A stretch of 64,000 nucleotides of DNA from an uncultured bacterium (GCA_963759775.1 CAVXAH010000001.1:208682-272681); one strand, 5' to 3'; shown: positions 45,893 through 56,487, numbered from the stretch's first letter. Notes: generated by a model from the letters alone, not told the origin. Numbers and translations: made by a program.

Positions 45893-47785
45893 CTATGACT
45901 CCCCTTTCAAGATCTTGCGTAGCTGTTCTTCTGCGACCTCAAAGGGCTGATTTTGGTGTGGTGGCAGTGTGTGATCCGGGCGCGGCGGTGTTGGTACTTG
46001 TGGAGGTGGTGGAAGCGGTTTTGGCGGAGAAACAGGTTGTTGCCCGATTGGTTTCGGCGCAGGAGTACTCTTTGAGAGTACATCAGCGAGCGCACTCTTC
46101 AGGGAGTGTTGTTGTGCCTCTTCTTTTTTTTGCTTAGTCTCGCCCACTTTTGCTGTCACATTTCTCAAAATGGATTTGAGGTCCTCTGCTGTTTTTTGTG
46201 GCACTTGGTGTTGCACAAAATCGCGAGGTCGCGGGGACACCTGCCGCCGTAGTTCGTATAATGGAGTGGGTGGAGGAAGTGGCGAAGGCATGCGCTGTAT
46301 GGGTTCACGACCTGTCTGAGCGGGGCTCGCTGTCGGGGGTATTGGTCTGTCCTCTTGTCTGCTTTGGGGAGCGGGCGGGCCTTGCTCTCTTCGAGGCTCT
46401 TCGCGCATAGGGCGGCTTGGGGCGACAGGCCGAGATGTCTGCGGACTACCACGCGCGGATGATAGGCGCGATGCTTCTTCCTTCATTTCCGCAATTGACG
46501 CCGCGAGTTCGGTCATGATGGCACTCTCTACCTCAGCACGTTTGTTCCCATAGGTTATACGGGAATTTTCAACAACTTCTTTTCGGAACGAGCGAGCGGG
46601 CTTATCAATGGGCGGGATAGTCACTGCCGAAAACGGACGTGAGCCAATGCCGTCTATCATGAGCGTGAGATAAACCTGCGCAAACCCGAGGTTGACCAAG
46701 TCTTCTTTCGTAAATTCTGGGAAGAAAATAGTCTCCAGTACTTCCGCATCAAAGGGGCCAACTCGAAACGTTACGGTCGTACCGACGTTGCCGAAAACGG
46801 CCGCGCGCACCTGCTCTTCCATTTGCTCAACATACTGGTGCGCAATAATCAGATTCAAATTGTACTTACGCGCTTCTGAGAGAATTTCTGCGAATGTGTC
46901 GTTTGCAAAGTTCTGAAATTCGTCGACATAAAAGTAGAACTTTGCGGAACGCTTGAGCTCTTTTTCGGCAAGCTCAGCGCGGCTCATGGCGGCAAGGAAG
47001 ATGCGCGTCGTAATCATGGAGCCCAAAAGCTTCATGTTCGTGTCGCCCACGAGGCCCTTTGAGAGGTTGATGAGGATGATTTTTCGCTCGTCCATCATCG
47101 TTCGAATATCAAAGGAGGACTTCGGCTGGCCGATGATATTTCTGATAAGCGGATTTGAGGTGAACTGGCCGATTTTGTTTTGAATAGCCGGAGTTGCTTC
47201 TTGCGTATAGCGGTCAGTGTAGGTTGCAAATTCTTTCGTCCAAAAGTCTTTCACGAGTGGGTCTTTTACGTTCTCAACTACTTTCTTGCGGTATACCTTG
47301 TCGGTGTACATGCGGTTGACGCCAAGGAGGGTCGCGCCGGGATACTCCAGAAGGGCGAGAAGTGTGTTGGTGAGGATGTATTCCATACGCGCAGACCACG
47401 CGTCTACCCATATTTTCTTAAAGGTCGCCATGAGTCCGGAAACCACGAGGTGGCGCTTGTCGTATCCCACATCTTCCATGACGTTGAAGGCAATTGGCTG
47501 ATCCAAGTCAAATGGTGCAAAATACACCACATCTTTAAGGCGGTCTCCGGGGATGTAGTCCAGTAGGCGGTCAACGGCGCTTCCGTGTGGGTCAATGAAG
47601 GCCATTCCTTCCCCGTTTCGGATGTCTTGAATCGCCATGTTCTCAAGCAGAGTCGACTTCCCCATGCCCGTCTTCCCGATGACGTACATATGGCGCTCGC
47701 GGTCTTTTGCCTTAATACCAAAAGGCGTTCGCTTCCCACGCGAATCCGATGCAGCAAAGTACGTTACCCGATCAGGGTTATCCAT
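45893..47785 (-). CDS. VirD4/TraD-like (type IV coupling protein family) P-loop ATPase with Pro-rich tail
   Basis: Walker A VIGKTGMGKSTLLENM and Walker B-like FYFYVDEFQNF, then IIAHQY. No TM segments. The C-terminus of about 190 aa is proline-rich. Confidence 0.6.
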   Translation of the reverse strand: MDNPDRVTYFAASDSRGKRTPFGIKAKDRERHMYVIGKTGMGKSTLLENMAIQDIRNGEGMAFIDPHGSAVDRLLDYIPGDRLKDVVYFAPFDLDQPIAFNVMEDVGYDKRHLVVSGLMATFKKIWVDAWSARMEYILTNTLLALLEYPGATLLGVNRMYTDKVYRKKVVENVKDPLVKDFWTKEFATYTDRYTQEATPAIQNKIGQFTSNPLIRNIIGQPKSSFDIRTMMDERKIILINLSKGLVGDTNMKLLGSMITTRIFLAAMSRAELAEKELKRSAKFYFYVDEFQNFANDTFAEILSEARKYNLNLIIAHQYVEQMEEQVRAAVFGNVGTTVTFRVGPFDAEVLETIFFPEFTKEDLVNLGFAQVYLTLMIDGIGSRPFSAVTIPPIDKPARSFRKEVVENSRITYGNKRAEVESAIMTELAASIAEMKEEASRLSSARGSPQTSRPVAPSRPMREEPRREQGPPAPQSRQEDRPIPPTASPAQTGREPIQRMPSPLPPPTPLYELRRQVSPRPRDFVQHQVPQKTAEDLKSILRNVTAKVGETKQKKEEAQQHSLKSALADVLSKSTPAPKPIGQQPVSPPKPLPPPPQVPTPPRPDHTLPPHQNQPFEVAEEQLRKILKGES

Positions 47786-47862
47786 ACGGAGAGTATAACA
47801 AAGCCAAACCTGAAAATGTGCTACGAACCCATTTCAAAACTCTCGCTCGGCATTTGCAAAAA

Positions 47863-48006
47863 ACGGTACACGTCGCCGCCCCGGCCAGGCGGCGCGTTCC
47901 CGCTCGTACGCGCAACCGACTCAAAGACTCGTCGGACCGGTGCTCGCCTGCCGCCCCAGGCGGCAGATTTCGGTTCAGAAACCGAACCGCTCCCTGTGCG
48001 AGCGCG
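47863..48006 (-). repeat. structured intergenic repeat, family B, copy 2 (upstream of the ATPase gene)
   Basis: Same modules as 29950-30245. The variable hairpin here is CTGCCGCC-TG-GGGCGGCAG, versus GTGTCGC-GTCCGA-GCGACAC in copy 1. Confidence 0.55.
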
Positions 48007-48045
48007 TTTTTTTACAAACACCTCACTCAAATTATGGAAATGTAG

Positions 48046-49344
48046 CTAAGGTTGCGGTGCGGGTACGGAGAGAGCTTTGCGAAGCGAGGTGTATTTGTTT
48101 CCTGCATCCCAGAAAATGTAGGAGGTGAGACCGGCGTCGTAGGTGGCCTTAATTTGTGCTTCAACCATGGCCGCCGTGTATGGAACGGGGTAATCAAATG
48201 ACTGGAGCCACGGAGCTATTTTTGAAGCTGGGTACGATTGCTTTGCGTACATGCCGGTCGGTTTTGTTTCGGTCGTGGTCGCAAGCCCGTCATGAGCCGG
48301 AATTACCACCACTTCTGTAAGGGGTGTATGAGTCAGTGCGGCAACTTTCGTTGTCGTTGCGAGTGTGCGCTTCACCCCCTCAATAAGCGAGACATACACT
48401 ACTTTGTATGGGTCGGCGTTGACATCTTTGAGTCCCGCAAAATTCTTATTGTAGTGGCTTGGGTACACCATCGGGTAGATGTAATCAAAATACGGCATCG
48501 CTCTCTCAAGCACCTGCCCAATTCCAAGATCATCCGTGAGGATGGTAGTGTAGCCGAAAAGATCGGCGGAAATCTTCGCCCCGGTCGGTTTTACGTTTTT
48601 GGAAAGGTGCTGCCAGAAACGTTCAATAGCTTCCGCTTTTGATACGGCAGGATAGACCACGTCACTCATAACACCATCGGAGGGCCAACGAATGTAGTCG
48701 TAGTTGAGCTCATCAAAACCAATCACGTCGTGAGCGTATTTTGAAAGTTCAACAACGTAATTCCAATACGGCTCTGCTGAAGGATCAATAAATGAGAGGC
48801 CTTTGCGGTCTTTCCACGGTTCACCCGGACGCGACTTACTTTGCACCGACTGTTCGGGGTGGAGTTTGGTGTAGTACGGATCCTGGAAAACCGTGATGCG
48901 TCCAACAACGTAAATATTTTTGTCGTGAAGTGTCTTTATAAATTCCTTCATATCGGGCGCCCCGCACTCAGTTGAGACTGAATCTTTAAGGATAGGATTA
49001 TCGGTCGGAAAAGCGATTCGGCCAGTGAAGTCTTTAATATCAATGACGAGTGTATTGAGCTCGGTATCGTCTACAAATTTCACGAGCGATTCCCGAAATG
49101 ACGGAGTACCAACGACGCACTGAGACATATAAATGCCTTTCATCGCGTCCGGGGTAGAGACATGGGCGACGCGTGGGGTGGGTGGTGTTTGTTGAGATGA
49201 GGCGGTGGAAGTGGCTTCCACGAAAGTGGGGCTAGTGTAGTTTGTTGAAAAGACGTACGGCGCGATGGCGAAAAACCCAACGCTAAAGGCAATGGTACCG
49301 AATGCAAACAGGGGCCCGTGAGAGCTAAATTGGGGAGACGCCAT
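48046..49344 (-). CDS. putative glycoside hydrolase (TIM-barrel, DUF4015-like), N-terminal TM anchor
   Basis: LVIDIKDFTGRIAF..VGRITVFQD..GFDELNYDYIRWPSDG pattern. Confidence 0.5.
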   Translation of the reverse strand: MASPQFSSHGPLFAFGTIAFSVGFFAIAPYVFSTNYTSPTFVEATSTASSQQTPPTPRVAHVSTPDAMKGIYMSQCVVGTPSFRESLVKFVDDTELNTLVIDIKDFTGRIAFPTDNPILKDSVSTECGAPDMKEFIKTLHDKNIYVVGRITVFQDPYYTKLHPEQSVQSKSRPGEPWKDRKGLSFIDPSAEPYWNYVVELSKYAHDVIGFDELNYDYIRWPSDGVMSDVVYPAVSKAEAIERFWQHLSKNVKPTGAKISADLFGYTTILTDDLGIGQVLERAMPYFDYIYPMVYPSHYNKNFAGLKDVNADPYKVVYVSLIEGVKRTLATTTKVAALTHTPLTEVVVIPAHDGLATTTETKPTGMYAKQSYPASKIAPWLQSFDYPVPYTAAMVEAQIKATYDAGLTSYIFWDAGNKYTSLRKALSVPAPQP

Positions 49345-49594
49345 GAGCAGGTGCGGAGACGGGTGACGCTTCCTGCGTGGGAGTCGGCGCAGACGTGCCT
49401 GTCTGAGCGGAGCTTGCAGTCAGGCCGTTTGCTTTTGCCGCGCGCACTTTTTCAAGTCGTACTGAGAAACCTACGATAGCGACCGTGAACCCAAAGATTG
49501 GCAGGAGAACCGAGAGCCAGGAGAATGGAATGCCAGAAAAGGGCGCAAGCGCGGTGAGGATACCAAGAAGAATAAGAAAGCTTGAGCGGGACAT
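49325..49594 (-). CDS. small membrane protein
   Basis: Two TM helices (FLILLGILTALAPFSGI, LLPIFGFTVAIVGFSV). The track ORF starts at 49633; ATG 49592-49594 avoids overlap with rsmI. Confidence 0.5.
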   Translation of the reverse strand: MSRSSFLILLGILTALAPFSGIPFSWLSVLLPIFGFTVAIVGFSVRLEKVRAAKANGLTASSAQTGTSAPTPTQEASPVSAPAHGVSPI

Positions 49595-49619
49595 AAGAAG
49601 CAGTTTATAGCCTCGTTCC

Positions 49620-50303
49620 TCAAGGCGCAACAATGACTACGAATTCACCCCGCACTGTTTCGGGATTATTTTTGAAATGTGCTTGGAGCTCGTTTGCGGT
49701 TCCCGCACGTACTTCCTCGTGTATTTTGGTGAGCTCACGGCAAATGGTTACCGTGCGGGATACGGGTAGTACGAGGGCAAGAGATGCGAGCGCTTTCTCT
49801 ATGCGATGGGGGGATTCGTAAAAGACGACGGTGCGTTTTTCGGCGGCAATAGTTTTGAAAAGTGTTTGGCGACCTTTTTTATGTGGTAAAAATCCAAGAA
49901 ATATAAATTCGGCTGATGGAGCTCCTGCTATTGAAAGTGCGGCGGCGAGCGCAGAGGGTCCTGGAATTGTTTCAATGCGCGCGCCTATTTCCCTCGCGCG
50001 CGCGACAAGTTCAACGCCAGGGTCTGAAATGCCTGGTGTTCCGGCGTCGGTCACGAGCGCAACGTGTTTCCCTTCAGCGAGGAGAGAGAGGACACGCGCG
50101 CCTCCGGCGCGCGCCGCTTGTGCACTATATATAATGAGCGGCTTTGAAATGTCATACCGCTGAAGAAGCTTTGAGGTGACACGGGTGTCCTCACAGGCTA
50201 TTGCCTCCGCTTTCTTTAGCGTCTCAATCGCCCGAAGCGTGATGTCTCCCAGGTTCCCTATTGGTGTTGCGACTACCGAAAGTGTTCCTTGCATGAAGGG
50301 CAC
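49620..50303 (-). CDS. rsmI: 16S rRNA (cytidine1402-2'-O)-methyltransferase
   Basis: LSVVATPIGNLGDITLRAIETLKKAEAIACEDTRVTSKLL. Confidence 0.85.
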   Translation of the reverse strand: MPFMQGTLSVVATPIGNLGDITLRAIETLKKAEAIACEDTRVTSKLLQRYDISKPLIIYSAQAARAGGARVLSLLAEGKHVALVTDAGTPGISDPGVELVARAREIGARIETIPGPSALAAALSIAGAPSAEFIFLGFLPHKKGRQTLFKTIAAEKRTVVFYESPHRIEKALASLALVLPVSRTVTICRELTKIHEEVRAGTANELQAHFKNNPETVRGEFVVIVAP

Positions 50304-50518
50304 TCTAGCAAAAAGAGTGCTTACTCGCTATGCGACGAGCTGGTCGGCCACTTTATAAAGAACCCGCCGAGAGGCGGGACCAGGGTTCTTTGCTGGAAAA
50401 GGAAGCGGCCTCCGCCGCCCACAGTTAGATGTTGCGTCCATTCAAACCCTTCGCAAAGCCTTCGGGTCGTCTGGACGCCTCCAGTAGATATCGCCACTTA
50501 TTCTCTGCCGTTGGTTTT

Positions 50519-51811
50519 CTATTGTTTTAGTACTAAATTATCTGCAATCTTGTATATATCTCCAGCGCCCATGGTCATGACAGCATCACCCTCTTTTGGT
50601 TCATTCCCAAATAAACGTTCAATTTCTTCAAAGGTGGACGCTGATGCATTTTGACCGTTGCCGCGAATACGCTCTGCAAGCAGTGCGCTTGAAATAGATT
50701 TGTCTGGCTTTTCGCGCGCAGCATAAATGGGGGCGATCACAACTTCATCAGTGTCAACAAATGCAGCCGCAAAGTCCTCAAACAAATCACGCGTGCGACT
50801 GTAGAGGTGAGGGTGAAATGCGACGAACACTTTTCCTTTCGTCTGCGCACGGAGCGCTTTGAGTGTTTCTTTTATTGCCGTCGGGTGGTGTGCGTAGTCG
50901 TCATACACCTCTGCCCCGTTCTTCGTCTTCCCTTTGTATTCAAAACGTCGCCATGTGCCTTGAAAGTCAGCAATACTACCATATATGGTAGTATTCTCGA
51001 CCTTGGGGAGAATAAAACGTGCGGCGGCAAGTGCGGCGCGCGCGTTCATGCGGTTAAATTCGCCCGGGAGTTTGAGTGGAGGCACTTCCTCTTTGGTGTA
51101 GTCGATGATGTGGGCCCGCGCCTCGCGGAGCACTTCTTTGATGTTTGGATTATTTGGATCGGTAACGATCGCACCGTCTGCGGGTACGCGGGCAACGGCT
51201 TTTCGGAAGGTGTCTTGGAGGGCGACGAGCGAGGGAAACCAGTCCGTGTGGTCCCACTCAAGATTCGTAATAACGAGAATGTGCGGCGAGAGCTCAAGAA
51301 GATGGTCTCTGTATTCGCATGCCTCAACCACAAAGAGGTCGTTTGCTCCATCTGCAAGATAGTTACTCCCGAAATCTTTCACGATTGAACCTATGATGGC
51401 AGTTGGGTGCGCCCCCGCGTCTTTCAAAATTTTGGCGAGCATGCCGGTTGTAGTCGTCTTCCCATGCGTCCCCGAGATGGCGATGGTACGCTTCCCTGCC
51501 GAGACTTTTCCAAGCATCCCGAAATATGAAAGCTGTGGAATGCCGAGCTCTTTTGCGCGAGCGCGCTCGGGGTTGCTTTCCGGTACTGCGTCGCTGTACA
51601 CCACTGCCTCGACACCTGACGGAACATTTTCCTTTTTCTGTCCTATCTTGACCTTGATACCCTTGGATTCAAGAAGAACCGTTGTAGCAGACGCTTCGCG
51701 ATCAGAACCGGAAACAGTCGCACCTTCGTGTGCGAACAGCTGCGCAAGTGCCGACATACCGATACCACCGATGCCGACAAAATGAATTCGCTTTGGGTGT
51801 TTATACGCCAT
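50519..51811 (-). CDS. murC: UDP-N-acetylmuramate--L-alanine ligase
   Basis: IHFVGIGGIGMSALAQLF and ISGTHGKTTTTGM. Confidence 0.9.
   Translation of the reverse strand: MAYKHPKRIHFVGIGGIGMSALAQLFAHEGATVSGSDREASATTVLLESKGIKVKIGQKKENVPSGVEAVVYSDAVPESNPERARAKELGIPQLSYFGMLGKVSAGKRTIAISGTHGKTTTTGMLAKILKDAGAHPTAIIGSIVKDFGSNYLADGANDLFVVEACEYRDHLLELSPHILVITNLEWDHTDWFPSLVALQDTFRKAVARVPADGAIVTDPNNPNIKEVLREARAHIIDYTKEEVPPLKLPGEFNRMNARAALAAARFILPKVENTTIYGSIADFQGTWRRFEYKGKTKNGAEVYDDYAHHPTAIKETLKALRAQTKGKVFVAFHPHLYSRTRDLFEDFAAAFVDTDEVVIAPIYAAREKPDKSISSALLAERIRGNGQNASASTFEEIERLFGNEPKEGDAVMTMGAGDIYKIADNLVLKQ
50972..50995. promoter_or_regulatory. 24-bp perfect palindrome inside murC, identical to the yerC-flanking core
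   Basis: AATACTACCATATATGGTAGTATT encodes NTTIYGSI of MurC. Confidence 0.55.
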
Positions 51812-53121
51812 ACGATTTCACAATAGTATTGAACTCGTCGCCCCGATCATACTCGTTTTTAAACATTCCGAACGACGCGAAAGCGGGAGAAAAAAGAATG
51901 GCGTCGCCTGGGTTTGCATGCAACCACGCATCAGCAACCGCTTTCTTGAGCGAGTCGTAAACAGGAGCGTCAGGTAGCAAGCTCTTGATACGGTCCGTAC
52001 CGGTACCGGCAAGCAAAATCACTCGCTTCGTAACTGTGGGCAGTGCAAAAAGAAGTGCATCCATCTCAAGTCCTTTGTCCGCTCCGCCCATGATGAGTAC
52101 CGATTGGTTTTGGGATGAGAGCTTTTAGGGCGGCGACTGTCGCTTCGGGAGTTGTCGCGGTGGTGTCGTTGTATATTTGGATTTTACCGCGCTCAAAACA
52201 GAGCTCGAGACGACCAGAAACTCCTTTAAATGCCTCTAGCACTTTGCGACTCACGTCATCCGAGATTCCGTACGTGCGAGCGGTGGCGAGTGCGAGCGCG
52301 GCATTATAGCGATTGTGCTCCCCGGGAATCTTGAGCTTCCAGGTGTCCGGCAATTTCGCCGCATCAACCACAGCAATTTTTGACAAGATACGGTCGCCGT
52401 ATTTCTCAATGATGGTTGGCGCGCACTGGCTACCTAGCACCAGCGTATCTCCTTCTTTTTGATTTAAGAAAATGTTCGCCTTATCTCCCAGATACGTATC
52501 CAAATTATTCTTATAGTAGTTTAGGTGGTCGGGGAAAAAGGTCGTAAAAACACCAATGTGCGGGCTTATTTTAGCCTCTCCAAAACCTTGACACTGCCAC
52601 GAATCAAGTTCAAGAACCGCCGTATGTTCTGGTGTCGCTTCCGGCAGAAGTCCTAGTGTTGAGACACCGCGTACGTTGCCGCCCAAAAGCACTGACTTCC
52701 CTGCCTCCTTGAGAATTGCGGCAACCATATGCGTGACGGTTGTTTTGCCGCGCGTGCCGGTAATGCCGATAAGAGGGACTTTTGAAAGTTCCGCAAAAAG
52801 ATCCGCGCTCATGCGGACGGGAATACCGTTCTTTCTTGCTTCGGCTATATAGGGAGAATCGAGCGGTACGCCAGCACCTTTCACAATAAGATCGCGCTCG
52901 CGGAAATCTTCGAGGCGATGTTCGCCAAGCACAAATTCTATATTGGAAAATCCTGCAAGTTCAGCAACCGACGAATCAAGTTGTTCGTGCGTCTTTAGGT
53001 CAGTGACGGTGAGTTTTGCACCACAGGAAGCAAGGTATTTAGCATCTCCCACACCTCGACCAAGCAAGCCGAGGCCCATCACGGTGATTCGTTTGTCGCG
53101 GAAAAATGCTGACGCATCCAT
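51801..53121 (-). CDS. murD: UDP-N-acetylmuramoylalanine--D-glutamate ligase (frame lost near 52123-52126)
   Basis: ORF 52066..53121 (ITGTRGKTTVTHM) and ORF 51801..52091 (MGGADKGLEMD...SPAFASFGMFKNEYDRGDEF) are the two parts of MurD. They are joined across an A4/T4 run. Confidence 0.85.
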
Positions 53122-53166
53122 TAAACGCTATGGTAGCGCACACTCTGTCCTCTCGCACGGAGAGGT

Positions 53167-53652
53167 TTACAAGCAGTTTACGGTGCTTATCAAGTCTTCG
53201 TGCGTAAGGGGAAGCTCGCTGCGAGGAATCTCGACGATTTGGTAGGGCGCTGTTTGTACTTCGGCGAGTGCACAATTTTCCCCGGGCTTCTTAAGCACTA
53301 CATTTACCATACGAGCCGACCCTACGTCGGCGACTTGTGCCACCTGAATTTCGTAACCTGCGGTTGGCAATGTTCCGGCAAAGACGGCTGCAACGACACT
53401 TTTTGAGAAATCAATGGACGGACGAGATTTTTCAGTATGAATGAGCTTCCAGAGATGATCGAACTGCTCCTCGGAAGAAATAAGGTAGTTCACGCGCTTC
53501 GCGACTGCGGATTGTGTTCCTGAGGTGATTTCCGTAAATGGTACCGGAGCTTTGGCTCCGGATGAGGGGACCGAGGGACCAAAGACGAAAAGAGTTCCTC
53601 CAACCACCACCGCAACGGCGGCAAGTCCAACAATAATGAGTGTTTCCTTCAT
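53167..53652 (-). CDS. secreted/anchored hypothetical protein (PrcB C-terminal-like)
   Basis: N-terminal TM/signal segment and TLPTAGYEIQVAQV..APYQIVEIP, which resembles the PrcB_C domain. Weak call. Confidence 0.4.
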   Translation of the reverse strand: MKETLIIVGLAAVAVVVGGTLFVFGPSVPSSGAKAPVPFTEITSGTQSAVAKRVNYLISSEEQFDHLWKLIHTEKSRPSIDFSKSVVAAVFAGTLPTAGYEIQVAQVADVGSARMVNVVLKKPGENCALAEVQTAPYQIVEIPRSELPLTHEDLISTVNCL

Positions 53653-53730
53653 TTGGCTTCAGTATACCCGCCCCTCCGTGGGTGTAGAGGGCTTGGTGGG
53701 TATATCTTCAGAACCTCTAGAATGCCTACG

Positions 53731-53800
53731 TGGTGCAAGCGGAAGGAGTCGAACCTTCGACCGCTCGAGTATCAGTCGAGTGCTCTACTGCCCAGTGAGC
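53731..53800 (-). pseudogene. truncated tRNA-Ile(GAU)-like copy (D-arm to CCA, no 5' acceptor strand found)
   Basis: GCTCACTGGGCAGTAGAGC-A-CTCGACTGATACTCGAG-CGGTC-GAAGGTTCGACTCCTTC-CGCTTGC-ACCA. The 30-nt anticodon-arm region is identical to the intact gene. The T-arm and acceptor differ but still pair. Confidence 0.5.
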
Positions 53801-53897
53801 CGAATCAAAAGTGAATGTCTCCATTCATTTTTGTGAGGCGAGCGCAGGGAGAAAGCCGTTCCTACGGCTTACTGGCTGAGCTACTATGTGCTGTGCT

Positions 53898-53973
53898 TGG
53901 TGCAAGTGCCAGGGATCGAACCTGGGACCGCTCGAGTATCAGTCGAGTGCTCTACCAGCTGAGCTACACTTGC
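53898..53973 (-). tRNA. tRNA-Ile (anticodon GAU), CCA encoded
   Basis: GCAAGTG-TA-GCTC-AGCTGGTA-GAGC-A-CTCGA-CTGATAC-TCGAG-CGGTC-CCAGG-TTCGATC-CCTGG-CACTTGC-ACCA. Confidence 0.9.
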
Positions 53974-54135
53974 GAGCGAGGAAATATGAAAATACGTGTC
54001 TGCACGTGTTTTCATATTCTCCGAGCGAGCTAAGTGTATGCCTACATACACTTGCAAGTTCGGATTTTGCGATAGTACCAGAAATCCCCAGACGCTTCCA
54101 GCGGACCTAATTTAGGCCTTATACTTAGTTTACAA

Positions 54136-54336
54136 ATGGTCCACCGTGGAAACACGCGGGAACCGAAATTCCTCTCTACGAGGAAGGTCTCTAGCTCTCT
54201 CGATAAGTGGCGCAGGCATAGAAATAAAGAGAGGATTTGGCGTCGTGCAGTGAAAAAACTTTCTCAGGTGCTCGTTAAAGAAAGTACGCCGCTTGAAATC
54301 AGTTCAACGCCGATTCCGATTTTGGTGGAGCAATAA
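54136..54336 (+). CDS. hypothetical small basic protein (weak)
   Basis: 66-aa ORF with TATACT 10 nt upstream and a strong hairpin right after the stop. It lies in the rRNA-tRNA spacer, so it may be non-coding. Confidence 0.3.
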   Translation: MVHRGNTREPKFLSTRKVSSSLDKWRRHRNKERIWRRAVKKLSQVLVKESTPLEISSTPIPILVEQ

Positions 54337-54347
54337 AAAATAAAGCC

Positions 54348-54385
54348 AACGTAAAAGCCGCGCGTAATCGCGCGGCTTTTACGTT
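54348..54385 (-). terminator. intrinsic terminator ending the 16S transcription unit (17-bp stem)
   Basis: AACGTAAAAGCCGCGCG-TAAT-CGCGCGGCTTTTACGTT. On the minus strand it is followed by TTTATTTTTTATT. Confidence 0.7.
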
Positions 54386-54560
54386 GTTGTGTGAAAAGAA
54401 AGAAGGTGCGGTCACACATAATTCGTTCGCCGTCGCTCACGAATTTGCGCGACCCCGGCTCGCGGTTCGGCGTGCTCGCCGAACATCGCTGCGCCCCGCA
54501 CACACGCAAAACAGCCCTTCCGGGCTGTTTCTTGTACCTAAATGTTGTGCGTGTGTGCGC

Positions 54561-54579
54561 TCTTTTGTTCCGCCTATTC
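54561..54579 (-). other. 3' strand of a 19-bp pre-16S processing stem
   Basis: TCTTTTGTTCCGCCTATTC is the exact reverse complement of 56218-56236. Confidence 0.6.
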
Positions 54580-54726
54580 ATCCCGATTGAAAGCTCAATT
54601 GAGGCTTTCAAACGAGATCCCGGGATACGTTATCCGGTGTCCGAGTACAGTTTAGAGACTAGTACTATCTCTCGTGATCTTACGATCGCATCGACAATGT
54701 CTTGGCTTTCGACCAAGACGACTCCA

Positions 54727-56217
<1,491 letters not shown>

Positions 56218-56219
<2 letters not shown>

Positions 56220-56236
56220 ATAGGCGGAACAAAAGA
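56218..56236 (-). other. 5' strand of the 19-bp pre-16S processing stem
   Basis: GAATAGGCGGAACAAAAGA on the plus strand, directly abutting the 16S 5' end. Confidence 0.6.
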
Positions 56237-56427
56237 ATTCACACCTTGCCCGACACACTCGCAGTGTGTCGGGACTTTTTTCAATCACAACATCTAACGT
56301 ATAAAGATTGGAATAATTAAACTCTGTTTCCAGAGCCTCAGTGTCCTCCAACCCAGTTTTCAAAGGTCTCGCTCGTATCTATTTTCGAGCAAAGAAACGC
56401 CCGCTCCCTTTCGGGAGCAGTCCGCCC

Positions 56428-56456
56428 ATACTATATGCGGGGCACTATAGCGTCAA
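56428..56456 (-). promoter_or_regulatory. candidate sigma70-type promoter of the 16S gene
   Basis: Minus strand reads TTGACG (56456-56451), N17, TAGTAT (56433-56428), about 200 nt upstream of the 16S 5' end. Confidence 0.5.
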
Positions 56457-56487
56457 GACCCTGAAAAACTCCTGAAAATAAAGCTTG

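Noticed and set aside
5926-53121. Frame breaks in fba, secA, murD and the giant gene read as programmed frameshifting or genome decay.
   Set aside because: No slippery heptamer or stimulatory structure is evident at the sites. One maps to a homopolymer. The affected genes are essential while their partners are intact. Sequencing or assembly indels are the parsimonious explanation until reads are checked.
53731-53897. The truncated tRNA-Ile copy read as an intron-containing, split or tmRNA-like gene.
   Set aside because: The anticodon arm is uninterrupted. Splicing out the segment between the two D-loop-like pieces gives an acceptor (CACATAG) that cannot pair with CGCTTGC. There is no tmRNA-type acceptor or tag frame.
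54397-54408. CACCTTCTTTCT on the rRNA strand is one mismatch from the canonical 16S tail CACCUCCUUUCU. This suggested a displaced anti-SD after a ~330-nt insertion.
   Set aside because: Helix 45 is followed without a gap by a tail that aligns position for position with E. coli 1530-1542. The candidate also lies beyond the 19-bp processing stem. I cannot make it contiguous with the mature rRNA. It stays worth a glance in 3' end mapping.
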